Below are positions 34,513-45,943 of a DNA stretch of 64,000 nucleotides, in pieces; within the stretch, counting starts at the first letter, position 1; the number at the start of each line of letters is the position of its first letter. Below the pieces are notes generated by a model. It saw nothing but the letters and a program-made list of their open reading frames with translations, was not told where the DNA came from and ran no database searches. This DNA is from Squalus acanthias (taxonomy: Eukaryota): contig CM059425.1 in assembly GCA_030390025.1 (NCBI GenBank), positions 167,712,001-167,776,000 on the forward strand, given 5' to 3'. Made by a program: the position numbers and the translations under genes.

Positions 34513-36769
34513 AGCAAGTTGTGAGGAGGATGCAAAGAGGCTGCAAAGGGTTATAAACTTGTTAAGTGAGTGGGCAAGAACATGGCAGATGGAATATAAC
34601 ATGGAGAAATAGGAAAAATAGAAAAGCAGAATATTTTTTAAATGGTGAGATACTGGGAAATGTTGGTATTCAGAGGGTCCTGGGTGTTCTTGTACACGAA
34701 TCATTGAAAGTTAACATGCAGGTACAGCAAGCAATTAGGAAAGCAAATGGTATGTTAGTCTTTTTTACAAAAGGATTGAAGTATAAGAGTAAAGAAGTCT
34801 TACTGCAATTATATAGGGCTTTGGTGAGACCACACCTGGAGCAGTGTGTACAGTTTTGGTCTCCTTACCTAAGACGGAGTGCAACAAAAGTTGACTAGAC
34901 TGATTCCTAGGATAGGGGGAGAGTCCTAACAGGAGAAATTGAGTAGACTAGGCCTATATTCCCTAGAATTTAGAAGAATGAGAGGTGATCGCATTGAAAC
35001 GTATAAAATTCTTAAGTGACTTGACAGGGTGGATGCTGGGAGGATGTTTCCCCTAGCTGGGGAATCTAGAACCAGGGGTCACAGTTGCGAATCTTTGGAA
35101 TTCTCTACCCCAGAGAGCTGTGGATGCTCAGTCGTTGAGTATATTCAAGACAGAGATCGCTAGATTTTTGGATACTTCGGGAACCAAGGGATATGCTGCT
35201 AGTGCGGGAAGGTGGAGTTGAGTTGAGTTAGAAGATCAGCCATTATCTTATTGAATGGTGGAGTAGGCACGAAGGGCCAAATGGGCTACTCCTGCTCCTA
35301 TTTCTTATGATCTGCCTGCTCTGTATACTTCCGCCAGACGTTAGGTGTGCAAGCACTAACCCCTTTACCAAGATGGCGTCCAGTGCACTTCGTGTCAGAA
35401 GAGTGCGCGTGCACCGCGGACGCCATTTTGGAAACTTAATGGGCCTCGTAGTGCCCAAAAAGCAGGCACTACTGAGCCCTATTTCGCCCCCACTCTCTTT
35501 CTACTCTACCTGTTAATTCAAATGTAAATGTAAACTCTTCATAGCCAGCAAAAAGGCAGGGAAATTCCTCACCACATGCAACCTAAGGCACCAGCCTAAA
35601 TGTGCTATTGAACACAGACAGTAGAGATGGAAATTGTTTGATAACAGTTAATTGATTATGTTTCCATTGATTAATTGTAACAGCATGATTCAGACAAACT
35701 GTAAAACAGAAAATATGGTTGTGACTGATAAAAATGTAGAATGGAAAACATAGACAAAGAGTTTTGACTTGTACATTGCTGCTGACATGACTCATGTTTC
35801 CATGATATGAGGTACTCAAGCAACATATAATTATAAGATGTACAAATAAATGGGATATTAATGCAATTAACTATTGCATTTAAATCGAAGGTAACAATGT
35901 AATAATTATAATTGACTAAATGTAACTCATTTTAAAGTAGATTCTTATGGTTGCTAAGCAACAACCCAACAACATGGTTAGCAGCTGAAAGGTATTTACA
36001 ATGTAAGTTGTGAGTGTGACATTTGAGATATAACACCTGTAATATATAAGGCACAGCAACAACAAAACTATGTCACAATTATGTTTATATGAACAGTGGA
36101 GGTTAGTTTTAATTCTATTTTGGGATATTGTGCGTCATTCCCTGCAGATTGGAATTCATTATATAAAAACTCTAGCAGGGAATAACTTCAAAATAAAAGA
36201 AACCTAATTTTCTTTTTTCTAATGCATGTGTTTTTTGTTAGATTGATGCATAGCCTGTTTTCTTTTAATATTTCAAGGCTGTTTCTCCACACTATTGACG
36301 GGTGTTCTGTCTGGCATTAATCTGTCCCTTCTATCTTTGCTTCTTGTAGTTCTGAGTAATTGTCCAGCCTCAGCTTTGATACTCCTTGGCCCATTGGGTG
36401 CTGCCTTTTCCTGAGGCTTGATGATACTGGACATGATTGATTTGGTCCAGTCCATTTTTGTGACCTCCAGCTCTAAATTTTATTCTATTCCAACTTCAGA
36501 GTTCCTCAATATTCTAAAGTTTAGCTTCACATATCATTTGTTGTGTTGATTGAAAGTTATAAATTGACAGGCAAGGAGAATTGATTCAGAATGTAAAATA
36601 AGTAATAAAAGGTACTAATTTCTGTTTGACAACATTAAGCCTGATTCCCCAAATATTAGAACTGCAAAGCATCAGCTTAGTAACGCTAGAGAATGACAGG
36701 GATGCCATGAAAAAAACAAAAAATTAGTGAGTTCCTTTTACCAAATTTTTTTAAAATTATTAAAACATT

Positions 36770-37140
36770 TAGGTTGAAAACCCACAAAACAGGACACCAC
36801 AAAAGTTCTCCACTAAAAGAGAACATAATTCAGGATGTAGTGTTGGTGGCAGCAATGTTGGGTTTTAAAAGCACAAAGATTGTAGGAGGGAGTAAAGACT
36901 GAGAAAGGTAAGGAGTTCCACAGTTTTGAGGTCCTGGGAAAGAATGAGTTGGAAGAGAAGACTTAATTCCAAGACCATGCAATGTGGGGAGGAAGGAGAA
37001 CACGTAGTATGATGTATTTGGAGATAAAAGAGAGGTAAGTTCAAAAGAGAAATAACAATAGTTATATCAATAAAATGGAAGAAGGTAAGAAAGGTTCAGA
37101 TGAGGGGTGGTGTGAGATTAGTGGATCACCTATCACATGA
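36770..37140 (-). mobile_element. Ancient LINE ORF2 C-terminal fragment (probably continues at ~38860-39020)
   Basis: Minus strand reads SNSFFPRTSKLWNSLP, a typical CR1/L2-group terminal motif. Confidence 0.5.
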
Positions 37141-37386
37141 TGAGATTTTGTTTTCTAACTTGCCTTTCATGACCTCACGGTGCCCCAAAGCACTTTACAG
37201 CCAATTAAGTACTTTTGAAGTGTAGTTACTGTTGTATTGTAGGAAACACAGCAACCCATTTTTACACAAAGCAAAGTCCCACAAACAGCAGTGAAATAAA
37301 TGAAAAGATCATATTTTTAGGTAATAAAAACAGAAAATACGGGAAATACTCAGCAGGTCAGGCAGCATCTGTGGAGAGAGAAACAG

Positions 37387-37422
37387 AGTTAACGTTTCAG
37401 TCGATGACCCTTCATCAGAACT
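37387..37422 (-). ncRNA. Minimal hammerhead ribozyme motif in the Penelope arm
   Basis: Minus strand AGTT-CTGATGA-agg-GTC-atc-GAC-t-GAAA-CGTT-AACT. The plus-strand copy at ~38407-38443 carries a G>A change in AACGTT. Confidence 0.62.
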
Positions 37423-37679
37423 GGAAAAAGCTGGAGATGGAACAGGTTTTTAAGCAAGTGCAGGGGCAGGGAAAGGGGGGAGGGGAGGAAAGAACAAAAG
37501 GGAAGGTCTGTGATAGGATGGAAGGCAGGAGAGATTAAGAGACAAAAGGGATAATGGTGCAAGGCAAAAGGAGATGGTAATGGGACAAGTTAAGAAACAA
37601 AAGATAGCTCTAGATGAAGTGTAAATGGCAATGGCAGAATGAAAGACAGCTGCCATGTGAGAGAGAGAAAAAAAATGGA

Positions 37680-37817
37680 ATTAGAGTGACAGGCGACCAG
37701 AAGCTCGGGGTCACCCTTACGGACTGAACAGAGGTGTTCCGCAAAACGGTCACCCAATCTGCGTTTGGTCTCCCCAATGTAAAGGAGACCACATCGTGAG
37801 CAACGAATATAGTACAC
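37680..37817 (-). pseudogene. Penelope GIY-YIG endonuclease fragment
   Basis: VYYIRCSRCGLLYIGETKRRLGDRFAEH..VACH. Confidence 0.85.
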
Positions 37818-38740
37818 TAAATTGCAACATCGGCCGTCTCAATTTCTCTGCTCCCCTCACTCACTCCAACCTACCTCCCTCTAAATTTGCAGCACTCCAT
37901 TCTCTCAGATCCAACCCCAACATTGTCATTAAACCTGTTGACAAGGGTGGTGCTGTTGTTGGAGTGATTAATTCTCCGTTCCACTCCCACTCAGACCTCA
38001 CCGTCCTCGGCCTCTTACACTGTTCCAATGAAGCTCAACGTAAGCTCAAGGAACAGCACCTCATCTTTCGATGAGGCACTTTACAGCCTTCTAGACTCAA
38101 CATCAAGTTCAACAATTTCAGACTATAACCTCTGCCCCTACCTTTTTTTCCCATTTTTTTTCTCTCTCTCACATGACAGCTGTTGATCATCCTGCCATTG
38201 CAATATACACTTCATCTAGAGCCATCTTTTGTTTCTTAACTTGTCCCATTACCATCTCCTTTTGCCTTGCACCATCATCCCTTTTGTCTCTTAATCTCTC
38301 CTGCCTTCCATTCTATCACAGACGTTCCCTTTTGTTCTTTCCTCCCCTCCCCCCTTTCCCTGCCTCTGCACTTGCTCAGAAACCTGTTCCATCTCCAGCT
38401 TTTTCCAGTTCTGACGAAGGGTCATCGACCTGAAACATTAACTCTGTTTCTCTCTCCACAGATGCTGCCTGACCTGCTGAGTATTTCCAGCATTTTCTGT
38501 TTTTATTTCAGATTTCCAGCATCCACAGTATTTTGCTTTTGTATTCATCTTTTTAGGTGTTGGGTTAAATGTTTGCCAGGACATCAGGAGAACTCCCCAG
38601 CTCTTCTTTGAATAGTGCCGTGGGATCTTTTACGTCCTAATCAAGAGTAGGAAGGAAATGCTAAAAATGCCTTGACAGATAAATGAGCAATATTCAAATT
38701 TATAGAATGTTAAAAATTGTTGCGGATAAAGTAAGTGCTT

Positions 38741-38856
38741 GAAAGAAAGAAAGACTTGCATTTATATAGTGCCTTTCACGACCACCAGACATCCCAAAGT
38801 GCTTTACAGAAAATGAAGTACCTTTGAAGTGTAGACACTGTTGTAATGTAGGAATG
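38741..38856 (-). mobile_element. SINE 3' tail fragment with (TTTC)n end
   Basis: Similar to 37158-37245. Confidence 0.65.
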
Positions 38857-39037
38857 TTGACACAAAAGAAACCAAGAAATGGAGTAGATATTGGAATACC
38901 ATTTGAGATCAGAGAAGATAGTGAGGATAAGAATGTTGATAGATGAAAGAATAAGATTGGAGCTTTGAAAGTTATAGGGAGTTATTTTAAATTTTATTGC
39001 CATGACTGGTGGTTAGATTTGCAAGAGGAATGAAAAA

Positions 39038-39132
39038 GTTTGGATGATCAGCCATGATCTCATCGAATGGCGGAGCAGGCTCGAGGGGCCGAATGGCCTA
39101 CTCCTGCTCCTATCTTCTATGTCTATGTCTAT
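39038..39132 (+). mobile_element. CR1 3' UTR-only insertion
   Basis: Matches 26430-26520. Confidence 0.85.
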
Positions 39133-39134
39133 AT

Positions 39135-39709
39135 TAACCCCCTACCCAAAAAAGGGGGAATGTGTCCCACCCAGCCGTGTATGCGCCCGTTGCCATTTTT
39201 ATGCAGCGGGTTTCCATTTCCAGGGACCCTGATTTAAATTTAACGGCTGCTGGCCAGGTTTTCCAGAGCGGGAGGCGGGATCAGCTGACTCCAGAAGGTA
39301 ACAGCTTTCTACAGCACTCCTTGTGGTCCAGGAGAAGCAGGAGTGCTCCCCCTGGCCCCTCAAGGAAACCTTCGGCATCTCTTCTGCTGAGCACAGGCGC
39401 TCTCCCCCGTGCTGTGATCAGGGACCTCCCCCCCGCTCCAGCCCAGATTTGCAGCCTGCTCCGCGATCATGATTGCCAGGGACTGTTCCCAAGGATCCCC
39501 GACTGCAGCCTCCTGACGCTCGTTTTCCCACCCGGCAGCCAACCAGCCTCTCAATTTGACCGGCTGCCGGGTGGGAAACGGAAGAAAAAAATTATAATGA
39601 GGTCCAGCCATTAAATTTGGCAGGAACTCCATGTCCCCGGCCTTATGGGGTTTCCTCCGCTCTACCGCGTTCCACACAACCTTCTCACTTTCCCATAAAT
39701 ATCGGGGCC
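39135..39709. mobile_element. Non-autonomous Harbinger-like element (left end approximate)
   Basis: Ends AAATATCGGGGCC followed by TAT; GC-rich, GGCGGG-type motifs, internal CCGGCAGCCAA / TTGACCGGCTGCCGG stem. Confidence 0.45.
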
Positions 39710-39711
39710 TA

Positions 39712-40479
39712 TGGTACATTCGGTGCGGGGGGGCGGGGGTGCTGGAGTTAGGGACGGGAAACCCGGAAGTACAGGCTTCCTGAACGTCCTGCAGTTTTTA
39801 CTTGCAGGCTGTCTTTTAATTTTTTTCAGTAGATTTCCTGCCCACAACCAGCCTGATTGACAGGGTGGTGCTGGTAGTCGGGTGAGGTCCGATCATGGAG
39901 GGGAGAGATGGTGGTTGTCAGGGGTCCGATTGCGGGAGGGAAATAGTAGGCGGGGATATCCGATTGCGGAGGATGAGATGGTGGCCCGAGGGTGGGGGGG
40001 GATCCGATTGCGGAAAGGGGCAAAGATAGTGGTCAGAGGGGGGAGCAGATGGTGGTTGGGGGCTTCCAATCACGGGGGGTGGGAGAAGACAGATTGCAAG
40101 GGGGGTGATTTACTGGTAAGCTTGTTGGTCCTGGAGGACATACTCCAGCTCCTCCTGCAGTGCTGTAAAGGCACTTACTTCATGAATTCAGCTCTTCTCG
40201 CCTCCTTTCACCTGCCGGGTTTCCTGAGGCCAGGGTAACTAGGCTGACTGTGGTTAAAGATAGAATCACTGTTAAAATAAAGGCAGGCAGGCTCCTTAAA
40301 AGATTTCAACAACCGACCCGCCTCCTGTGAACGGATTGGTCGTCCGCTCCTCCTCCCGCCTCTGTTAAAACCGGAAGCGGGTGGGTTCGAGGCGGTTTGG
40401 GTTCCTGTTTCAGATTTTTAGCTTTTTAACCTCCCACCCAAACCAAACCCATTCGTTTTTGGGGATTAAAATTACCCCC
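39712..40479. mobile_element. Non-autonomous Harbinger-like element with G-rich CCGATTGCGG-type internal repeats
   Basis: Ends AAAATTACCCCC; subterminal ACCCGCC / GGCGG motifs; left TIR degraded. Confidence 0.5.
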
Positions 40480-42496
40480 ATATCTCTGATTTTTCTTCCC
40501 CCCATCAAAGGGCATGGAGGAGATCAAGCTGTCATGATTTAGTCATTGTACTGTGAAAGGACTGGATACTGTGAGCACTGAGGGTCTGCAAGCTGAAGGA
40601 TATTGAGGAATGCAGCATGGAATCATTAGCAAAGGAATGGAAAAGTCTGGAAGACATTAATCTGAAGAAGGAACAGAGATAGAAGAGGACAGACTGCTGG
40701 TAAACCTTGGCCCTGAACATCTGTGGGTTACTCCCAGGCATAAGTGCCAGGATTTGTCTCCCTACTGTCAACACCACTAACCCTGCCAAAGTTTGTAGGG
40801 CCAAGAAAAATGGGTCTTTTGTACCAGGAGGGCTGTATCTAGGCTGCTTCCAGCAGAAGAGGCAGCATACAGCAGTGGATGTGGCCAGCTGGGGGTTGCC
40901 AGCCACCCCACACCCTCCCAAAACAAATACACCCTGCCCCCAAATGGCCACCTTGGTACAGGTGCTATTTCCAAGTATTATTTTAAAATACCTCCTCCTC
41001 TTCAGGGGTCCAGGCCTCGACCATGAACTGAACGCCCAGGAGGGCCGTAATTCCACCTGGGATTGGGGAGGTGCTAGGTGCACCTTCACTGATGCTATGC
41101 CAGGTCCTGATGTAGGGCCGGGACGCAGAAAATCTGGCCTTCCTTACTCCCTTACCCAACCCCGCTCCCCACCCGCTGAGGTCAAAAGAACATAAGAATT
41201 AGGAGCAGGAGTATTCATGGAATGTATGCAAGATAGTTTTCTAGATCAGTATGTTGAGGAACCAACTAGGGAACAGGTTATTTTAGATCTAGTATTGTGC
41301 AATGAGAAAGGGTTAATTAATAACCTTGTAGTAAAGGGGCCTTTAGGGAAGAGTGACCACAATATGTTAGAATTTTATATTGAGTTTGAAAGAGATTTAG
41401 TTAAATCCAAAACTAGGGTCTTAAATCTAAACAAAGCAAATTACATAGGTATGAGGGGTGAGTTGGCTAAGGTAGATTAGGAAACTACATTAAAAGGTAT
41501 GACGGTAGAGAAGCAATGGCTAGCATTTAAAGAATTAATACACAACAAATATACATTCCTTTAAGGCACAAAAACCCCACAGGAAAAGTGGTCCAACCGT
41601 GGCTAACAAGAGAAATTAAAGATAGTATTAGATCAAAGGAAGAGGCTTATAATGTTGCCAAAGAGAGTAGTAAGCCTGAGGATTGAGAGGATTTTAGAAT
41701 TCAGCAAAGGAGGACCAAGAAATTGATGAAGAAAAGGAAAAGAGAATATGAGAGTATACTAGCAACAGACATAAAAACAGACTGTAAAAGCTTCTATAGG
41801 TATGTAAAAAGGAAAAGATTAGCGAAAGTAAATGTGGGTCCCTTACAGACTGAGACAGGAGAAATTATAATGGGGAATAAGGAAATGGCAGAGAAATTAA
41901 ACAAATACTTTGGGCTGGATTTTCCCAGTGGAGGCGGGTTTGCGTCGGGAATGCTGGTTGGCGGGTTCCGGTCCCGCTTCCGGCTACAGTCGCTCTGTCA
42001 AAAGGATTTTCCATTAATAGGGCTTGTTATGCCCGCCCTGCGGGGTTCTTGGCCAATTAAAAGGAAGTGGGTCTGATGATGTCATTTCACGAAACGTTAC
42101 TGCAAGGCCACACTCAACGTCATCCTGCTGTGTCACTCATCAAATCCCCATAACTCTGCCTTCCCTATCCTACTCCTACACATCCTTACTCACACCAACT
42201 TACCTTGCAACTCCACCCATCCCTCTCTATCTACATTATAAGTTCCCCATTGCACTAGCCACCCCTCACACTCACCCTCATCCTAGTCCAATCATTCCAA
42301 CAAACAACACAAGGGTAGGCACTTGGGTTTATTATGCAATGTTCATGTAAATTTTCTGTTAATGTGTTGTCAAACATTGAAATCTTTATTTTCAATGCTT
42401 TGCCTTATTGTACAGATCTGTGCTCACCTTTGGAAGTGTCTTAGTGAGTTGCAGTGAATGGTGAAAGATAACGATATCCCCCACAATGGTGATGAA

Positions 42497-42872
42497 TTTT
42501 TTTTATTCGTTTATGGGATGTGGGCGTTGCTGGCAAGGCCAACATTTATTGTCCATCCCTAGTTGCTCTTGAGAAGGTGGTGGTGAGCTGCCTTCTTGAA
42601 CCGCTGTAGTCCGTGTGGTGAGGGTACTCCCACAGTGCTGTTAGGGAGGGAGTTCCAGGATTTTGACCCAGCGACGATGAAGTATCGGCGATATACTTCT
42701 AAGTCAGGATGGTGTGTGACTTGGAGGGGAACTTGGAGGTGGTGGTGTTCCCATGCGCCTGCTGCCCTTGTCCTTCTAGGTGGAAGAGGTCGCAGGTTTG
42801 AGAGGTGTTGCCGAAGAAGCTTTGGCGAGTTGCTGTAGTGCATCTTATAGATGGTACACACTGCAGCTACGG
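42497..42872 (-). mobile_element. 3' fragment of the second LINE family
   Basis: Closely similar to 32826-33180. Confidence 0.85.
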
Positions 42873-42877
42873 TAACT

Positions 42878-42968
42878 TTACCTGAAGAAGGGGCAGGATA
42901 GCTCCGAAAGCTTGTAATTTTAAATAAATCTGTTGGACTATAACCTGGTGTTGTGCGACTTCTCATTT
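42878..42968 (+). mobile_element. Single Penelope-derived arm with hammerhead-like core
   Basis: Similar to 1771-1853 (CTGAAGA..GCTCCGAAAGCTTG..GGACTATAACCTGGTGTTGTGCGACTTCTCA). Confidence 0.75.
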
Positions 42969-43211
42969 TTATATTCCTGAGTGTGAAAGGAATGGCTTGG
43001 TCATTGTAGGAATGCTTTATGGTGCTGGTGTGTGGTGGTGTTTACCTGGCGCATCATGTGGCAGCCAGGGTGTACAGCTTCAAGTGAAGTAAATCTGGCC
43101 TCCCAGGCAGCAATGTGGTCAGGTGCTGATGCCCTGTGTCCTGTGCAGCATCAGGAGATTGCAGAGAAGGTTGGTGTTGTTGCTGGTATGCCTGGGGATG
43201 TTGGTGTTGGG

Positions 43212-44892
43212 ACTAATCCTAAGGAGGTGGATGCTGACAAAATATCGGTAGAAGTAGAAAAGGTAGAAGCAATGGAAGGGGTGAAAATTGATAGACAGGA
43301 TGTACTAGAAAGGCTGGGTATTCTTAAAGTGGATAAGTCACCTGATCTAGATGGCTTGCATCCCAGATTGTTAAGGGAATTGGGGGAGGAGATAGCGGAA
43401 GGGCTTGCCATAATTTTGCAATCTTCCCTAGATGCGGGGGAGGTGCCTGAGGATTGGAAAGTGGCAAATGTGACACCATTGTTCGAGAAAGGGTGTAAGG
43501 ACAATCCTAGTAACTACAGGCCGGTCAGTTTAACATCAGTGGTGGGTAAAGTTTTAGAAACAATAATCAAGGAAAAAATTAATGGGCACTTGGAGAGGTT
43601 TAAGCTAATTAAGGAGAGCCAACACAAATTTGTAAATGGCAGATCATGTTTGACTAATCTAATTGAATTTTTTGATGAAGTAACAGGGAGGATTGATGAA
43701 GGAAATGCAATGGATGTTATCCACATGGATTTTAGGAAGGCGTTTGACAAAGTACCACATAGAAGGCTGGTTAACAAAATTGAGGCTCATGGAATAGGTG
43801 GGTCAGTGACAGCTTGGATAAGGAATTGGCTTAAGGACAGAAAACAGCAAGTTGTGGTAAATGGCTGTTTTTCAGACTGGAGGCTGGTAGACAGTAGTGT
43901 TCCCCAAAGGTCAGTGCTGGGGCCATTGCTTTTTTTGATATGTATAAATGACCTGGATATTGGAATACAGAGTAGAATTTCTAAATTTGCCGATGACACC
44001 AAACTTGGGGGTGTGGCAAACAGTGATGATGATACCAATCGACTGCAACAGGACATAGAAAGGCTAGCAGAATGGGCAGACAAGTGGCAGATGGAATTTA
44101 ATACAGAGAAGTGTGAGGTGATGCATTTTGGCAGAAGGAACAGGGAGAGGCAATATACACTTAATGGCACAGTTTTAAAGAGTGTGCAGGGACAGAGGGA
44201 CCTGGGAATTAATGTCCCTGAAGGTGGCAGGACATATTGAGAGAGTGGTTAGCAAAGCATATGGGATCTTGGGCTTCATAAATAGAAGTATTGAGTACAA
44301 AAGTAGAGAAGTTATGCTGAACCTTTATAAAGCGCTGGTTAGGCCACAACTGGAGTATTGCATCCAGTTCTGGTCAACACACTTTAGGAAGGATGTCAAG
44401 GTACTTGAGAGGGTGCAGAGGAGATTTACCAGAATGGTTCCTGGGATTGGGGATCTTAGCTACAAGCACAGGTTGGAGAAGCTGGATTTGTTTTCATCAG
44501 AGCAAAGGAGGTTGAGGGGTGATTTGATAGAGGTGTACAAGATTATGACGAGTTAGGATAGGCTAGATGGGGAAAGGATGTTCCCACTAGTTGATGGTAC
44601 AAGGACGAGGGGACACCGATTTAAGGTTTTGGGCAAGAGATACAGGGGGGATGTGAGGAAAAGCTTTTTTACGCAGCAAGTGGTGAGGACCTGGAACTCG
44701 CTGCCGATGGAAGTGGTGGAAGCGGAGACACTCAATGTTTTCAAGGGGAGATTGGATAGGCACTTGAGGGAAATAAACTTGCAGGGCTACGGGGATAGAA
44801 CGGAGGAATGGGACTGACTGGATTGCTCTACAGAGAGCCGCACAGACACGATGGGCCGAATGGCCTCCTTCTGTGCCGTTATGACTCTATGA
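43212..44892 (+). mobile_element. 5'-truncated CR1 LINE, RT domain to 3' tail
   Basis: NYRPVSLTS, DFRKAFD and FADD motifs; frameshift near 44210; uninterrupted TATGACTCTATGA tail. Confidence 0.93.
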
Positions 44893-45194
44893 TCGTTGTG
44901 GGATTCAGAGGACCAAGGTGAGATTTTTTCAAGGGCACCAATGTTGCTGGAATAGATGGCAGCTGAAGTTCAGATGACAGAAGCGATCTGTCAATGGTGA
45001 GAGAGCTTACTCCAAGGAGGTGACAGTGGACAGAGAGTTTACTCCAAACACTTCCAAACTGCATTCAGCTCAAAAGTGTCTTCCAGGTCCTGAAGGCTCA
45101 AGCTTCTGACATTGGAAAGTGACCAGCTGTGAAATGGGAGTTTTCATATCCCTTTTGCAGCTGTCACCTATTCACAGCAATGGGGAAACATAGA

Positions 45195-45943
45195 GGGCTG
45201 GATTTTCATAGGGCCGTGGAGGCGGGTTTGGAGGCATGTGGGGGGTTAAAATTGCGAAAAGTGGTGGGCGGATCTGATCCCTCCTCCATTCCGCCTCCAC
45301 GCAATTTTGATAAAATCGTGTGCGGTGTTCCCGACTCCGTCCCGCCTCCAAGAGGCGGGAGAGGCCATTAAAGCCCTTAACAAGCCCTAAATTGGCTCTG
45401 TAATGCCATTTTGAAACGTTTTAGCTAGTTTAACCCTTTTCCCATGTGAAGTACGCCTGATGTGAAACACGCCAGTGAAACCTGGCGGGAGCACAAGTGG
45501 ATAGCTGACTATCAGCTGCAGGTCCACTATTACAACGGAGATGTGATGAAGGTAGTAGCAGTATTAAGTCTGAAAGTCGCCTCTGATGCTGCTGCATTGA
45601 ATGTCTTCAGAGACTGCCTGGCCTTTACTGTGAGAGGACCTGGATGCAAAAAAATTCTCTCTCTTCTCTTTCTCTCTCAGATGCTGCTCATTTTGCATCC
45701 AGGTCCACTCACACAAAGGCCAGGCAGTCTCTGAAGACCTTCAATGCAGCAGCAATGATGACATCATCAGAGGCGACTTTCAGACTGAAACCACTAATTG
45801 GTTCATGGGTTCCCACATGCTGGAACTCAATTGCCCAATTAGGTGAAAATTGCATCAATCTCCCACATCCAATTGCAGTCGGGTGGATAACACGAAATGC
45901 AGATGACACAACCCCAACCCGCCCCAGTATCAAAATCCAGCCC
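45195..45943. mobile_element. Non-autonomous Harbinger-like element
   Basis: Perfect 12-bp TIRs GGGCTGGATTTT / AAAATCCAGCCC; AGA duplicated at 45192-45194 and 45944-45946. Confidence 0.85.
45567..45786. repeat. Long imperfect inverted repeat (arms ~85-95 bp, CT-rich loop)
   Basis: AGTCTGAAAGTCGCCTCTGATG..GGACCTGGATGCAAAA pairs with TTTTGCATCCAGGTCC..CATCAGAGGCGACTTTCAGACT. Confidence 0.8.

Larger units (their letters stand above)
30465..35310 (+). mobile_element. Decayed near-full-length CR1 LINE with internal deletions and a nested LINE
   Basis: ORF1 esterase, endonuclease (KETWL, IMGDFN) and RT motifs in order with many frameshifts; deletion near 32106; 3' UTR at ~35225-35310. Confidence 0.9.
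37323..38544. mobile_element. Penelope-like retroelement remnant with inverted terminal arms
   Basis: 37323-37670 is the inverted copy of ~38160-38510; 14-bp TSD TCAT(A/C)TTTTTAGGT at 37309-37322 and 38545-38558; GIY-YIG and RT-region fragments inside. Confidence 0.88.
37158..38640 (-). mobile_element. Deu-domain SINE (SacSINE1/AmnSINE1-like) split by a Penelope insertion
   Basis: The minus strand at 38575-38637 has GTAAAAGATCCCACGGCACTATTCAAAGAAGAGC..GAGTTCTCC..GTCCTGGC, recognised from memory as Deu-domain-like. The tail lies at 37158-37322. Confidence 0.65.
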
